Shown here: piece after piece, positions 1 to 13,504 of the stretch
How the letters are laid out: every line of letters begins with the position of its first letter
Position numbering within the stretch: position 1 is the stretch's first letter
Source: Moniliella sp. 'wahieum'
Taxonomy: Eukaryota
NCBI GenBank assembly: GCA_003971905.1
Contig: RSEE01000001.1
Span: forward strand, 310,001-374,000
Reading direction: 5' to 3'
Length of the DNA stretch: 64,000 bases
The notes under the pieces: generated by a model
Database searches by the model: none
The model's input: the letters and a program-made list of their open reading frames with translations, nothing else
What the model was told of the DNA's origin: nothing
Program-made: the position numbers and the translations under genes

Positions 1-930
1 TTCCGCTACTCTTACACCCACGTTCCCATCAACACCTGCGCGTCCAACTTTTATGTGATGTGAGATGTTTCCTGTCATGACCCACCTCATTACCCCCGCA
101 TGGCGCCCTCTTCATACACACCTCGCTCTCCTGCTTTTTACTTTTGCTCAGAGCTTACGGCTGACGGGTGGCGGGGGCAGGCCGAGACACCCCCTTCCTC
201 CCGCGCACCTCTGTTTCTGCCTGTTCTTCCGTCTGCGTTCTACCTTGTACTTTCCCTCTGCCGTTGTTATGAACCCGTTCTTGGCTGTAACCCGACCCTA
301 TGAGGAGTCTGCTGCTGCTGCCGACCCAGCAGTGGACTTGGTAACACTTGGAGCTGCGCATCGTAAGGGTGTGTTCCGTTGTGCAGGCTGTCGAGTGCTT
401 GCAAGTTGTGTCTAGTAGTATGCAACGCAGGACACGAGAGGGGGGAACGAGGAGCTCGCCAGAGGAGAACATTGGCTTCGGCAGCCTCGCACTTGGCCCG
501 CCGCCCGCGCGGACGGGATGCTGGGCGGAACGAGCGGGGAGAAGAGGGGATGCAGGATGGCGGATGGGGTGAAGCATGATGCGTGACGGCTGATCGGGGC
601 CGCGCGCGGGGGCAGTGGCGGCAAGACGAGGAAAAGCTGCTGGGCCACGGGGGACTGGCGCAGTGGCTAGTGACTGGCGAGCGGGCATAGTGCTAATGAC
701 TTGCGCTGGGCTGCTTGGCTGGGGCACTGCGTAGCTGTCGCCGCTGCAGCTGCCGCTAACCACGCTGAACGTTGAAGTTGAACGCGCGCCCACCTGCCTC
801 TCTGCTCCTCCGCCGCCCCGCCATCGCCCCCACCTGCCATCCCCTCCGGCCGCCGGCCTCCCCACTGCCACCACCACCACCACCACCACCCCGTCCCCGC
901 CCTCCTTCCGACCGGTGTTACGGCGCTGCG

Positions 931-3900
931 ATGGCTGCCGTCGCCTTTGCTCCATCGTCGTCGCCGACGATTCTCTCCCACCCGCTGCGCCCCCGCTCCT
1001 TCCCTCCTCCCATCTCTTCTTCCCGCACCGCCAGCGTCAGCACCATTCAGCCCCCCAGCTCTCTGACCACCGACGATACCAGTGCGGCAAGCGCAGCTGC
1101 CGCCTCGCTCCGTGCGCAGGGCATTGATCCACGCCTGGCCGCTGAGCTGGCCAACGAGGGCATCCCTATTACCAGCCCAGCCGCGTTGCAGTACTTCGGC
1201 GCCTCACCCCATCGCCCGCAGATCCTACTAGGCGACTATCTCTTGCTCCAAACCCTGGGCGAAGGGGAGTTTGGCAAGGTCAAGCTTGGGGTGCATAAGA
1301 AGTATGGAGAGGAGGTCGCTGTCAAGCTCATTCGCCGCGACCATGCACCCAAGCCCGAATCCCTCGCCGAGCACCATCGATCATAATGTCCAAAATTGAT
1401 CGTGAAATCGAAATGCTACGGGCTGTTCGGCACCCCAACATTGTCCGCCTTTACGAGGTCGCCACTACCGAGCGCTACATTGGAATTGTACTTGAATTGC
1501 ATCCGGTATGTTTTGCCTCCCCTATCTGTGGGCCCCTCGTTGACCCACTTCTACTTGTGACTAAGGTGGAGAGCTCTTTGATTATATCCTTGCCCACAGT
1601 GTTTGCGGGAGAAGGAAGCTTGCCGCTTGTTTGCACAACTCATCAGCGGCGTGCACTACCTTCACCAGAAACACATTGTGCATCGCGACCTCAAACTGGA
1701 AAACTTGCTCCTGGATCGGAATCGCAACATGATCATTACCGACTTTGGTTTCGCCAACAACTTTTCGGGCCGCGCCAACGACTTGATGTCCACTCCTGCG
1801 GTTCGCCCTGCTATGCAGCGCCGAACTCGTGGTGCAGGACGGGCAATACAACCGGCTCGGCGGTCGATTTGTGGTCGTGTGGAGTGATTCTGTACGCCAT
1901 GCTGGCGGGCTATCTTCCCTTCGACGATGACCCAGCCAATCCTGATTCCGACAACATCAACCAGCTCTACCACTACATTCTCTCTACTCCCCTCACCTTT
2001 CCCGACTATTTCCCCGAGTTCCCACGCGACCTTCTGCGGCGTATGCTCGTTCCTGACCCGGCCAACCGCGCAACAATGGAGGAGGTCATGGCCCATCCTT
2101 GGCTTCCGATTTCCACCCCTCTTCTCCTTTGGGTGGAGGATCTGGAACGGGCAGCAGCAGAGCAGCAGGCGCGCAAGCGTCAACACTACCGAAAAAAAAT
2201 GGAGCTGCAACACCAGCTCCAACGCCAACCCCCCATGCTTGCCTCACCGCCCGATCCCCCCTCTCATGGGCTTCCTCCTCGCAGCGAGACCATTGCCGAC
2301 ATCCCCCAGGTTTCGTCCCAACACAACTACCGCAACACAGCCATGCCGCTTCCTGCCTCCCGCCCAGCTGACCTGCCGAGCAAGCCCCTTTCCTCTCAGG
2401 TGCCTGCCGCGGCCAATTCAACCGCCACACCTTGCAAGTAGAGTACAGTGCACCCGGAAACGCCCCTTCTTCCGCCACTGAAGAGATTGCACCCGAAGCT
2501 CCCCCAGGCGTCGCCGGGCCCATCCTGATGGGTGCTGGCGCGGTTTGTGATGGAGGACCCAGAGGAGATGACCCCTTCCCGTGTGTCAACGCAGCCTGCG
2601 TCGGATTCGCATTCTATGCAAAGAGACGCACGTGGCCACGGAGGATCCAGTTCCAGAACAGACGACGCAAGCGGATACTTCAGCTGAACAAGCTCCTGCG
2701 CCACGCTCTCCCCAACTCGACGAAATCTCAACTTCCGCAAAAGCTCGAACATGTCCTTGCAGTCGAGGAGCCGCGTGTTCCGCACCAGAAGGTAGCTGGC
2801 TCCATTAGGCTCTGAGCCTCAACAACTGCTGCCACAACGGTCGCGCCCAACGGTGAGCAACGTCTTCTATTCCCCCCCGTCCCGTTGATTGTCAAGGAAG
2901 CGGATACTCGTGCCGCACCCACGAAAGTGGCCGTACAGAGCATACCACACCCCAGCCAGCCTCAGCAGTGATGCTTCCGACGACGATGCAACGTGAGGAT
3001 ACCCGTTCCCGCTCCCGCTCAGTCAGTACTCCTGTAGAGAAGGTCCCGTCTGGGAAGCGGCGCATGTCACTCATGCCCCCCAAGGAACAACGGGGCCTGG
3101 ATCCCGCCGCAATTCCCTTTTGCCCGGATTATGCCGCACCGCACTCCCTCTTCCTCCACTTCTGCCAGCCAGGCCCCATCAATGGGTCTGCAGGATTCGA
3201 AACAATCGAATGAGTCGGTTACGTCCTCCCGAAAGAAGACTCTGTCTTTACTCCCCTCGCGCAAGGCCGAGCGGGACCGCAAGGTGGCCGTGCAGATGGC
3301 CAAGGAGAAGGCCACGTCTGAAGTGCCTTCAGCGCCACAGGCCCCTGCCCCCGCCCACAACCCTCGGTTCAGGCCCCCCGTATGCCCTCTCAACCTAAAG
3401 GCAGCAAGGCATCAACCGGGCCAGCCAAGCGTGTCATGGACTGGTTCCGTGGCCGTAGCCGTCAAACATCCGGCTCGGCCAGCACCGGCTCGCCCCAGGC
3501 ATTTCAACCTCTTTCAGCGCCGAGACCCACCCAGGCTCGTCCATCCGCCCAGGCTCTCCCGACCGCTCGCCCTTCTCAACCAATTAAGCCTTCAAGCCAC
3601 TCCAGTGCCACACATAGTGATCTCAGTCGTGATACGCACCTCACCGCTCCCCTCGAGGAGACCGCGCCTCTCAAACAGGCCAAGATTCCAGCTCCTACCA
3701 AGACGACACCAGCGGCAGCATTCTCAGATGCCATGCTGCGGTATCACGAGGGCGCCGTGGACCAATCCGCCTTAACGTCCGTTCCGCCGACCGAGATGTT
3801 GGCGCGGGTACGGACAGCTCTGACAGAGATGGGCATTGAGTTCCATCTGGCGGGCCAAGAGCAGTTTAAGCTGGAGTGTCTGCGCCCGAAGCAGGCGGCG

Positions 3901-4228
3901 CGTGGGGGACGCGGGGCGTGGCGTGCCTTCCGTACCTCTGTCTTTCCCTCCTTGCCTTCTGAAGGGGAGAAGGGCACCTCACCTGCTGCCCCCGCCTCAG
4001 CGGGGGAAGCTCGCCCCCCAGCCCGTGGCCAGACCAACGCCGATGGCGGGCAAGGTACGGTTCAGTGTTGAAATTACACGGCTCAAGAACTTGCCGGGAC
4101 TCTCGGTCGATATTCGCCGCATGCGCGGCAGCGCGTGGGCTTACAAGTCTTGCTACACCACTTTGCTCCAGCGGTGCACGACCTCTGACCTTGCCCCGTC
4201 GTCGGGGCGTGTTTCTATCCCTGCTTGA
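931..4228 (+). CDS. Ser/Thr protein kinase, CAMK group, Kin4/Ppk1-like, with C-terminal KA1-like domain
   Basis: Kinase motifs are spread over several frames: [80 protein letters not shown]. The C-terminal [15 protein letters not shown]...[29 protein letters not shown] resembles KA1. Probable intron at about 1506-1565 (GTATGT...CTAAG). Several frameshifts. Confidence 0.88.
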
Positions 4229-5121
4229 ATCAAACCTATCCTATCCTATCCTATCTTGCCTGCCGCAGTTGGCTCTTTGATCGATCACTACCCGCTTCTC
4301 CCAAAGCATGTGCTCCATGAGCTTCCGTATCCCCGTCTGGACTGCACTAGGATCAACTCCTTGCAGATCAATCGATATTATTCACAGCAGCCTTCGAAGC
4401 GCGAAGCGCGTGAAGCCTCGCTCACGGCCTTGAAAGTGATTAAAGGACAGTGATTAGGCAGCATTTTCCCGTATATGCTAGCACTGATAATCCAAGCGAA
4501 CACCGAAACCCGAGGAAGGTGTCAAGCGCTCGAGAGGGCCGCAAGACGGTTTTGGAAGCTGCATTGCTTCGTCTGGCGCTCCCCAACAATAATGCTACCA
4601 CGGTCGTTGGTGACCTGTCTGTCACCTGTCTTCCCTTCTCGATAACCTCGTCTCCACTTAACTGCCTCCTCGTCTTCCAACCTCGTACCTCTAGCATTCC
4701 ATTCTCCACGTGGGCGCAAAGCTGGCACACACCGCTGTGACAGCCTCCTTCTATAGACACCTATAGTCTCTGGGATAGCTTCAATCGTCTTCCCTCTCTT
4801 CTGGCTCCTTTCCACTCCCTCCTCCCTCTCCACTACCCTCTTTCGCCCTGCGCTCACCAGTAATCAATCCCTCTAGCGATCATAGCTGACTGCTTGCTCT
4901 TTCGGGGGCTGGGCGCTGGGCGTGAGGGCCTCTGTGATCGACTTGACGATGTGAGAGGTTTCGCTGGTCACCTGAGGCCCTTGGGCCTGAGGTTGGGTCT
5001 GAGGAGGTGTGCCCTGGCGTGCTTGGCTGTACGTAAGCGAATGGGCCAGCTCGGGGGCGTCCTAGGGGTTTTGCATGGTGCATGAGTTAGACACCTAGCG
5101 GCGCGCTCTCGCTTGTCACTA

Positions 5122-5372
5122 TCACTAGTCACTAGTCACTAGTCACGCGTGGCTGGGCGGGGGGGCACTCTGGCTGCGCACCGGGCAGCATGCAAGGTGA
5201 CCCCCCTGTGGCCCCCGCGCGGAGCCACCCAGCTGTCAGCGTCGGGGCTGGCCATGCCGTGCACATCAGCAACCCATCATGCATCATGCATCATGCATCA
5301 TGCATCACACGTGGCATCCACCCCACAGGCGCATGTCACATGTCACATGGCCCATGGCACGTCGCATGTCAC
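5122..5372. repeat. 7-bp phased arrays upstream of chitin synthase
   Basis: (TCACTAG)3 TCACGCG at 5122; (TCATGCA)4 at 5277; (TCACATG)2 at 5336. Confidence 0.9.
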
Positions 5373-5587
5373 ACGTCGTGCAGGGCACCAATGCCCGCAC
5401 CACCACACTGTGTGGCGCGCGGCAAGTGGGCGCACAGCGCCAGTGCCTCCTGCTGCGGGCTGCCCCCACCCGCCAGGCACTGGCGTTGTGCCCCATGCGT
5501 GACAGCAGGCACGCTGCCCTGGCAGCAGACCGGAGCAGCGCCCCACCCGGCTCTCGCTGGTCGGCGCGGCGCTGCCTCGTTCTCCTC

Positions 5588-5618
<31 letters not shown>

Positions 5619-5675
5619 TCCCTCCACCTCTCTCTTCACACTCGTTCTTCTCCCGCCTCGTACCCCCACCCACCC

Positions 5676-8630
5676 ATGAGTCGCTCGCCCTACGCGCCGG
5701 TCCACGACGGCTATTACTCCGCCTCGGACCTGCACGTCCAGGACGGTGCGCCAGGCTTGCCGCCGCCACTCCCAGCGTTCTCCTATTCGCCACACAGCAG
5801 CCCTGGACCTGTTCCTGCCGAGCCCCGCTCCGGGTACTACGCCCAGCATTCGTCGGCCAGCAACAGCTACTCCGACTTCTCCAACAAGGGGTACGGCAGC
5901 GCAGGCTATTACGATGCCGGCGGCCACTACCCCCTGTCGGATGACAAGCCGCCCACCGAGAAGCTGATGCCGATGGAGGTCAACTACCCGCCCCCGCGCA
6001 ACGTCCAATACCAACAGTATGGGTGCGTGCCCTCCCCCTCTCTCTCTCGTATGCGGCCATACTAACTCTCTGTGTGTACACACACACCTTCACTCTCCCC
6101 CACTACTTCTGGCGCCACGCTGTCCCCCCCGCCCATGTCTCCGTACCGCATGCACCCCGGCACCACCCTCACCGACAGCTCCTCCCAGCTCATGCTTCCG
6201 GACCAGTCACAGTCGCAGCTCGCTTGGGCACAGCGCCAGGCCAAGCCCAAACGTGGCCTGACGCGGAAGGTTAAACTAACGCGTGGCCATTGGATCGTCG
6301 AGCATCGTGTGCCCACGGCCATCCGCAACGCCTTTGAACCCAAATGGACGCAGGGCAACAAAACGACCGAGTTTACTCATATGCGCTACACGGCCGCCAC
6401 CTGCGATCCGGATGACTTCACCAAGGAGAATGGCTGGACCCTAAGGGCTTCGGATCAGTATGGGCGTGACACCGAGTTGCTGATCGCCATCACGTATTAC
6501 AATGAGGACCGCATCCTTGTCGCCCGCACGCTGCATGGTGTCATGCTCAACATTCGAGACATCTGCAAATCCAAGGCTTCCAAGTTTTGGCGCCGTTCGG
6601 CCGAGGAGGGTCGACCCGGCTGGCAACGCATCGTCGTCTCGCTCATTTTTGACGGCATCGACCCGTGTGACAAGGAGGTGTTGGATTTGCTGGCTACAGT
6701 GGGGGTGTACCAGGACGGAGTTATGAAACGACAAGTCGATGGGAAAGAGACTGTCGCTCACATCTTCGAGTACACTACCCAACTCTCTGTTGATTCCAAA
6801 CCCTCCCTCGTTCAGCCCCACGGGAACGACGATAGCAACCTTGTACCCGTCCAAATGATCTTTTGCCTCAAGCAGAAAACTCCAAGAAAATCAACTCGCA
6901 CCGCTGGTTGTTCAATGCGCTTGGACGTCACCTTGAACCTGAGACGTGCATTCTCCTCGACGCGGGAACCAAGCCGAGCCCCAGGAGTCTGTACTACCTG
7001 TGGGAGGCCATGTACAACAATAGTCATCTTGGTGGCTGCTGCGGCGAAATTCACGCGATGATCAAAGGCGGAGTCAAGCTGTTCAACCCGCTGGTGGCGG
7101 CCCAGAACTTTGAGTACAAAATGAGCAACATTCTGGACAAACCGCTCGAGAGTGCGTTTGGCTATGTCTCGGTTTTGCCTGGTGCGTTTAGTGCGTACCG
7201 CTACCGTGCCATCCAAGGCCGGCCCCTGGAACAATACTTTCATGGGGATCACACTTTGGCCGATCGGTTGGGCAAGAAGGGATTACACGGCATGGGCATT
7301 TTTACCAAGAACATGTTTCTGGCTGAAGACCGTATCTTGTGCTTTGAATTGGTTTTCAAGATGGGCGACCGCTGGACCTTGGGGTACGTGAAAAATGCCA
7401 AGGGCGAGACGGACGTTCCCGAGGGGGCAGCAGAGCTCATCAGTCAGCGCCGGCGTTGGCTCAATGGCTCTTTTGCCGCCTCAATTTACTCGTTGGTTCA
7501 TTTTTGGAAAATCTACCGTTCGGGGCACAACATTATCCGGATCTTTTTCTTCCACATCCAAGCCCTCTACAACTTCATTGTGCTCTTTGTCACTTGGTTT
7601 GCTCTGGCCAACTTTTGGCTTACCTTCTCGATTATCATCCAGTTCCTTCCCGACAACATTCTCGAGAACTCGAACGACACAGTGCAAATGATTCTGCATT
7701 GGGTCAACCTAGGTTGCGAGTGGGTCTACATCTTTTTCTTGATCCTTCAGTTTGTTCTGGCACTGGGAAATCGACCAAAGGCTGAGAAACCACTCTACAT
7801 TCTCTCCTTTTCGTCTTTGCTGTGATGGGCATGTACTTGCTTACCGTCTCGCTCTGGCTTACGGTCGACATGCTTACCGACTTGGCCCATCAAATCGAGG
7901 GGTCCGATACGTTTTGGTCGGTCATCATGTCCAATGCACAATCAACGACGGTACTGATTGCGAGCTTAATCGCCACCTTTGGGGTGTACCTCCTTGCTTC
8001 GATCATGTACCTCGACCCGTGGCACATGATCACCTCGTTTCCTCAATACCTCGCTATTGCACCCAGCATGACCAATTCCTCAACGTCTACGCCTTTTGCA
8101 ACCTGCACGACGTGAGTTGGGGCACCAAGGGATCGGACAAAGCCGACGTGCTGCCTTCCGTAGACACCAAGAAGGCCAAAGCCCCGGACGGCACCATCGA
8201 GGAAGTGGAACAAGAGCAAGAAGACATTGATGCACACTTTCGTGAAGTGGTTCAACGCGCAGTTGCCCCCGTTGTGGTGGAAGAGAAGAAGGAAAAACCT
8301 AGTATGGACGATAGCAACCGCACCTTCCGCACACGCTTGGTCGTATTTTGGATCCTGTGCAATGGCGCTTTGACGGTCGCCATTCAGAACTTGGCCGGTT
8401 TGCACTACAACGTCACTGAAAAGGCGATGAAACAAGACGAACAAAGGATCCAAGGGTACTACTTTAAAGTTCGTCCTCCATCAACCTCCCCTTCCTCCCA
8501 TCTTGCTTACTGACGTGATTTTCGCTAGGTGCTGTTGTGGACCACATTTGGCCTGGCCTTCTTCAAATTCTGTGGATTCTTCGTCTTTTGGTTGACACGC
8601 TTGGTACGGATGCCGTGTCGCAAATCATGA
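5676..8630 (+). CDS. Chitin synthase (division 1, GT2)
   Basis: [86 protein letters not shown]. Introns near 6022-6100 and about 8469-8528. The last exon reads VLLWTTFG...MPCRKS-stop at 8628-8630. Confidence 0.95.
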
Positions 8631-10030
8631 TTGACATCGTGGTCCCTGGCGGGTAGAGTTGAACCCAAGATCGGGTGCTTTGCTTTGCCGACGCAGGCGT
8701 CGGTCCACCACACATCCTTCTTTCGGCTCTCCCCCGCTGTCTTATTCCCGCACGGTCATGAACCACCAATCACGTCCTTCGAGTTCAGTAGGCGTTCCCT
8801 TTTAGTTCGTCTCGTCTCGTCTTGCCCCCTCCCTCCTTCATTTACACCTCACCCACTCCCGCGCTCGTTCCCAGCTGCACACCTTCCTTGGCCACTCCGT
8901 AACCCCCCCCCCCCCCCCCCCCCGACCCCTTGCGCATTCGTTCTTATGCCAGTGCTCTTGGACGACTCTCTTTTTTGCACAGCCTGCTATACCCCCTTAC
9001 TGCCAGTGCCACCCTACTCTGCCTAGGGTCGGTACCCTCGCCTTTTCTGCCCTGGAAACGCTTCAAGACGACCGCAGATGTCGCTGCCGCTCATGTTGAG
9101 CTCCAACGCCCAGGTGGAAGGTATTGTGGGGTTGATGATTGCTTTCTGTACTCAATGTATATTTTGCCTCGCCTCAATGTGTTGATCACCCTAAAGCTTC
9201 TCAGATCTCAAACTCTTAAGTCTCAATGCCTCATGGTTAGAACCCTCCCGCTCCAAGTGAGAGTTGACTTGACACGAGAAGCTTACCAAGGCAGGTCTAA
9301 ATACAAGCCAGTTTCCTCTTGATGAGGTTGAATGTCCTCCTTTATACTGTTGGGACGCGTTCCCGTGCATAGGGCCAGGCGCCTTATCACCCTTTACCCC
9401 TTCGACCTTATTTGTCCTCCGAAGCCACCACGTGGATATCCGGCTTGTTCGAACCCCTGTCTCCTCGGTGTGGCAAAAGGCTTAGACCTTCACCACCACC
9501 ACCTCGACTGCATTCCTCTACATGTTAGAGTTTCTCCACCCAAACCCTTGGGTTCCTCCGGCCTTACATACACGTTTCCCACCTCCCATATATTGTTTTC
9601 AGTACAAGATCGGAAGGCGGGTATTCAAGTTCCACGGGAGGGAGCAACGGGGGTATGACTCGAGACCCGAGATGGCAGGGACGATCAGGCGTGGAGGCAG
9701 CGCACGGAGGTCGAGTGACCACATGCGGACGCGTGAGCGGGGGGAAGGAAGAGTACAGGACGAAGGTGCGACAATGGGAAGACAAAAAGTGCCTAGGACA
9801 GGATTGGGAGCTCAGAGGATGGGGGGATCAGAGTGGACAGGGACCCCCCCATTCCTCCCTCCTTCCTCGTGGATGCGGGGTGGAAAGGTGAAATGAGGAA
9901 AAGCACAACAGTCATTAGTCATTGGGGGCGATGGAGGTGGTGAATGGGAACGGAAATGGGAGCGGCGGGTGGGGGATGGAAATGAAATGAGAATGAGGAA
10001 ATGAAATAACAAGACGGAAGAGCGAGACCG

Positions 10031-11836
10031 TTACACGGTAAACTCCCATCGTCCCTCAGGGTACCCCTGGAGTGTATCTCCCAGCATGATTTCCCGTCGA
10101 CGCTGGACATAGACCATGAGGTCAGTCACTTTCTGCCTCAGTTGGGTAATCGTATCTTGGTCAATACGCGACTGAAGCTGTTCCGACAACTCTTCACCCA
10201 CCGCGCTCGAGATCACGTTGGTTGTCCTCAAAGATCTCAGTCATGTTGTTGCGCTCGAGGTAAAAGGCCATTGCATAGGTCCACTTGAGTGTCATCCGGC
10301 ATTCGTTAACCACCGTCGCTGCTTTGGCCAAAAACTGCACCTCTGACCACGACAGAACGCCTGCCTCTTGCATCGCGTCCATGTTCTTGCGCGTCTGCAC
10401 CATCAACTTTTCATCCAGACGAGCTGACTGTTCGTGGTTCTGGTACCGGTTGAAGTAGTGGAGGTAGCGCTCCAAGCTCACCCGTGACGATTTGCGGCTT
10501 TCTTTCTCTTGGGCCTTTTTCATGTCAAAGCGATTGCAGTTGTAGTACGAAGTTCCATGCTCCGACCAGGGCCCTCGCAAATCCAGCAAAACTCGTACCG
10601 GCACTTGCGGCAGACCATGTGATTGCACCCTCCGTTCTTCTCAATCAGTGAGTTGCAGCTCGGGTTGGGACAGTCCTGCGTATTGGCCTTGATCCAATTG
10701 GACGTCTCGCTATCGTCCTCGCATTTCTTCAGCCACAACTTGACGATGCGGCAAATGCAAGGCGCATGCGCTTCTTGGCTGCAGCCAAAGCAAAACTCAT
10801 GGCCGTTCCCGCACCGCACGGTAGGCACGATCGTATTCAGCTTCTTGCGCGAAACGTGGCATTCGACCGCAAGCTCGCACCCGGCGCCGGGCACCACGCC
10901 ATCATTCCCGAATCGGAAACAAAGGCACGGTTGAGTAGCGTGCGGTATCGTTCCAGCATTGACGCGTCCACCAGTTGGCCAATCGTGTTCTCGTCAATAA
11001 TGAGCTTGCAGGACTCCTCCATGCACTGCACCCGGCGGGACTCGCCCTCGTACTTGATCTTGTTGTTGAGGTATTCAGTGTAGCATGAGGTGCAGTACCG
11101 GTGACCACAGGCGAGGGCAAGGGTAGACAGGGACGGGATAGAGGGAGGGAGAGGGATGACTTGGGCCGAGCCAGCGCTCTTGGCGCGGGCCACCGCGCGT
11201 TCGTACTCATTCAGCTTCCTCTGCTGGGAGGGCGTAAGACGAGGCAAGTCATCGGTCGACTGGAAGCAGATCTCGCATGTGAAATTGTCATGGGGCGTCA
11301 TTGCTGCTACGCGGGGGCGGGAGGGTCGTCAATGACGCCAGCCTCGTACTTGACCTCATCGGGGGCGTCCATGTAGCGTTCAATCAAACGCTCCTTGTTC
11401 CAGTTCATGTGACGTAGCAGGATGGCCGCATCCGTGTCCTAATTTGAGGCGATGGGGTTAGCAAGAAATCGAGCATAAGAAAAGGAAGAGGCACACCTTG
11501 ACGTTGAACATGGCCGCGATCTGGTCCACCTCCTTCTTCTGGAGATTGGAGATGTCCTGTTCGTTGCGCGAGATATACTCGACTTCCCAAGGCTTCTTCT
11601 TTGGGGTGGGTGGCATCATCGAGTTCATCTTCGTCGATCGTCGACTCGGCGCCATCGAAGTTGACGTCTTCAACGTCAGAGTCATCAAAGGCGACAAATT
11701 CGCCGTCTCCATCGTCGGCATAAAACAACTGTGCGCCGTCGTCGTCCAGGCCCTCGAAGGCGGCAGCGGAGTCGTTGTCGGAGGATGTCATTTCGACGTC
11801 GGACGAGATGTGCTCGTCGGCGCGGATAGCAGACAT
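10031..11836 (-). CDS. Ariadne/ARIH1-like RBR E3 ubiquitin ligase
   Basis: Acidic N-terminus, RING1 (CEICF...CGHRYCTSCY...CMEESC), IBR (WCPAPGC...CGNGHEFCFGC...HAPCIC), RING2 (CPNPSC..IEKNGGCNHMVCRKCRYEFCWIC) and Ariadne domain (SLERYLHYFNRYQNHEQS...LKWTYAMAFYL). Confidence 0.93.
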
Positions 11837-12211
11837 GGTTGCGTTGGCTGGAAGCGAGCGGGGCAGGTGGTGGGGGGGGGGCGGCAGGAGGAGTGGCGGT
11901 GGTGGTGGTGCGAGGTGTGGTGAGCACTTAATGTGACGTGACTCGTCAGTCGGGGGCCGTGAGGACTGCGGCTTACCTAACCAAACGCCGCGAGGGGTGG
12001 GCACGGCGACGACACTGGCGCCGTGCTGGATGCGGTTGAGCAAGCCATGCCTTGCAGCGCAGCCCACAGCCACCGCCGCCCTCCGCAGCGCCCCACACTG
12101 GCCTGGTGCCGCCTGCAGCCACCGCGACGGCCCCTGTCGCTGCTGGGTGCTTGTCCCCGATTGCACCCCTAACCCTACCGCCTCCTCATTGCAGCCGATC
12201 GAATCGACTGG

Positions 12212-12895
12212 TCAACGTTCAAACGTTCAACGTTCGTGTCGACGCGAAATATGTGAAACGTCATTTCTCCCCTCCATCGAATATTGAGCAGGCTGAGGCC
12301 CTGAGGGGCCTGAGGCTCAGGCCTGATGAGGCGCTGAGGCTCAGCGCTGGCTGACGTGAGGCTAAGGGGTGCCAGTGATGCAAGATGAATGACCGGTGAT
12401 CCCGCCATCGCGTCCACATGACGTACCGCATTCTATGCCTTCAAGCTTCAAGCTTCAACCTTCAACAGTCGTTTGTCGATCACTACCCTTTGGCCTTAGG
12501 CTTAGGCCTTATGTCAGCGGTTCAGTACCTCAGTACTGAGACTCAGTTGAGAGCGTTGAACGTTTGCAATTTGAACGTTGAATATTCAATGTTGAACTCA
12601 ACGCTGAACTTCAACAGCTTCAACACTGGTACCGCAAATCACTGGCTGGTCGCATGTCACATGTCACCGATCACCGATCACCGGTAACTTAACTGTGCCC
12701 CTGGCGCTGCAGCGCTGTCTTAGATACTCCGCACACCGCTCCCTCCCTCTCTCCCGGCTCCGCAAGCCACACAGGAAATCATGCATCATGCATCATGCAT
12801 ACATCAGTCACCGATCCTAGTCATCATGCATCACTCAGGAGTGACTCGTGACGCGTGACGTGTGACTAGTGACTGGTAACTAGTAACCAGTTACC
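12212..12895. repeat. Cluster of 7-bp phased T[G/C]A-N4 arrays
   Basis: TCAACGT units at 12212; TCAAGCT x2-TCAACCT-TCAACAG at 12441; TCACATG-TCACCGA x2-TCACCGG at 12657; TCATGCA x3 at 12779; seven phased units at 12842-12890. Confidence 0.9.
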
Positions 12896-13504
12896 GCCGT
12901 CTTACCTCCATTCTCTTCTCCTTCCCCTCTGTCGCCGTGGAAGGACCTGGTAGGACCCAAATGCCATCGAATTACTCCCCAGGCTGTGCATGGTCAAGAT
13001 GATTGACCACCGATTATCGCGTGTGTCCACGTGCTGCACGATCGAGATTATTACCAATCTTCGACGATATCTTTGTTGGGAACCCTCAGAAGTGTTTGTC
13101 GTGCATATGCAAGTGGGTATTGATATTGAGGGAAGATATTCCGGCGTCCGCTAGCTGTCATACATATCAGGCGTTCAAAAACATGCTTTTTAGACAGCAT
13201 GTTTAGACGATGATAGAGGCTCAAAAACAGCTGTAAAAGCGCGTACACATCTACCGAGCGCCATATGCTTTTCGGTTTCACCGTTAATTTCACCGTTTTC
13301 ACAACATCTTCACGCTTGAATGCCGTGTCTCGTCGACAGAGAGACCCCGTGTTATGACAACCTGACAGATCTGTGAGACGCCAAGAACGTGCCTCTCTAT
13401 ATCTGAGGATATATAAGCACAAAAAGAACAAGGGGCAGAGGCTTATATCCGCGCCACGCTCGCGATCACAGTGGATTTTTAATAGTGATCGTGTGTGGCT
13501 GTTA

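Noticed and set aside
1..63. Possible 3' end of an upstream gene (FRYSYTHVPINTCASNFYVM-stop)
   Set aside because: Too short to assign.
12166..12177. Telomere-like CCCTAACCCT (and GGGTTTGGGGTTT near 13772)
   Set aside because: Fewer than two full units; chance level.
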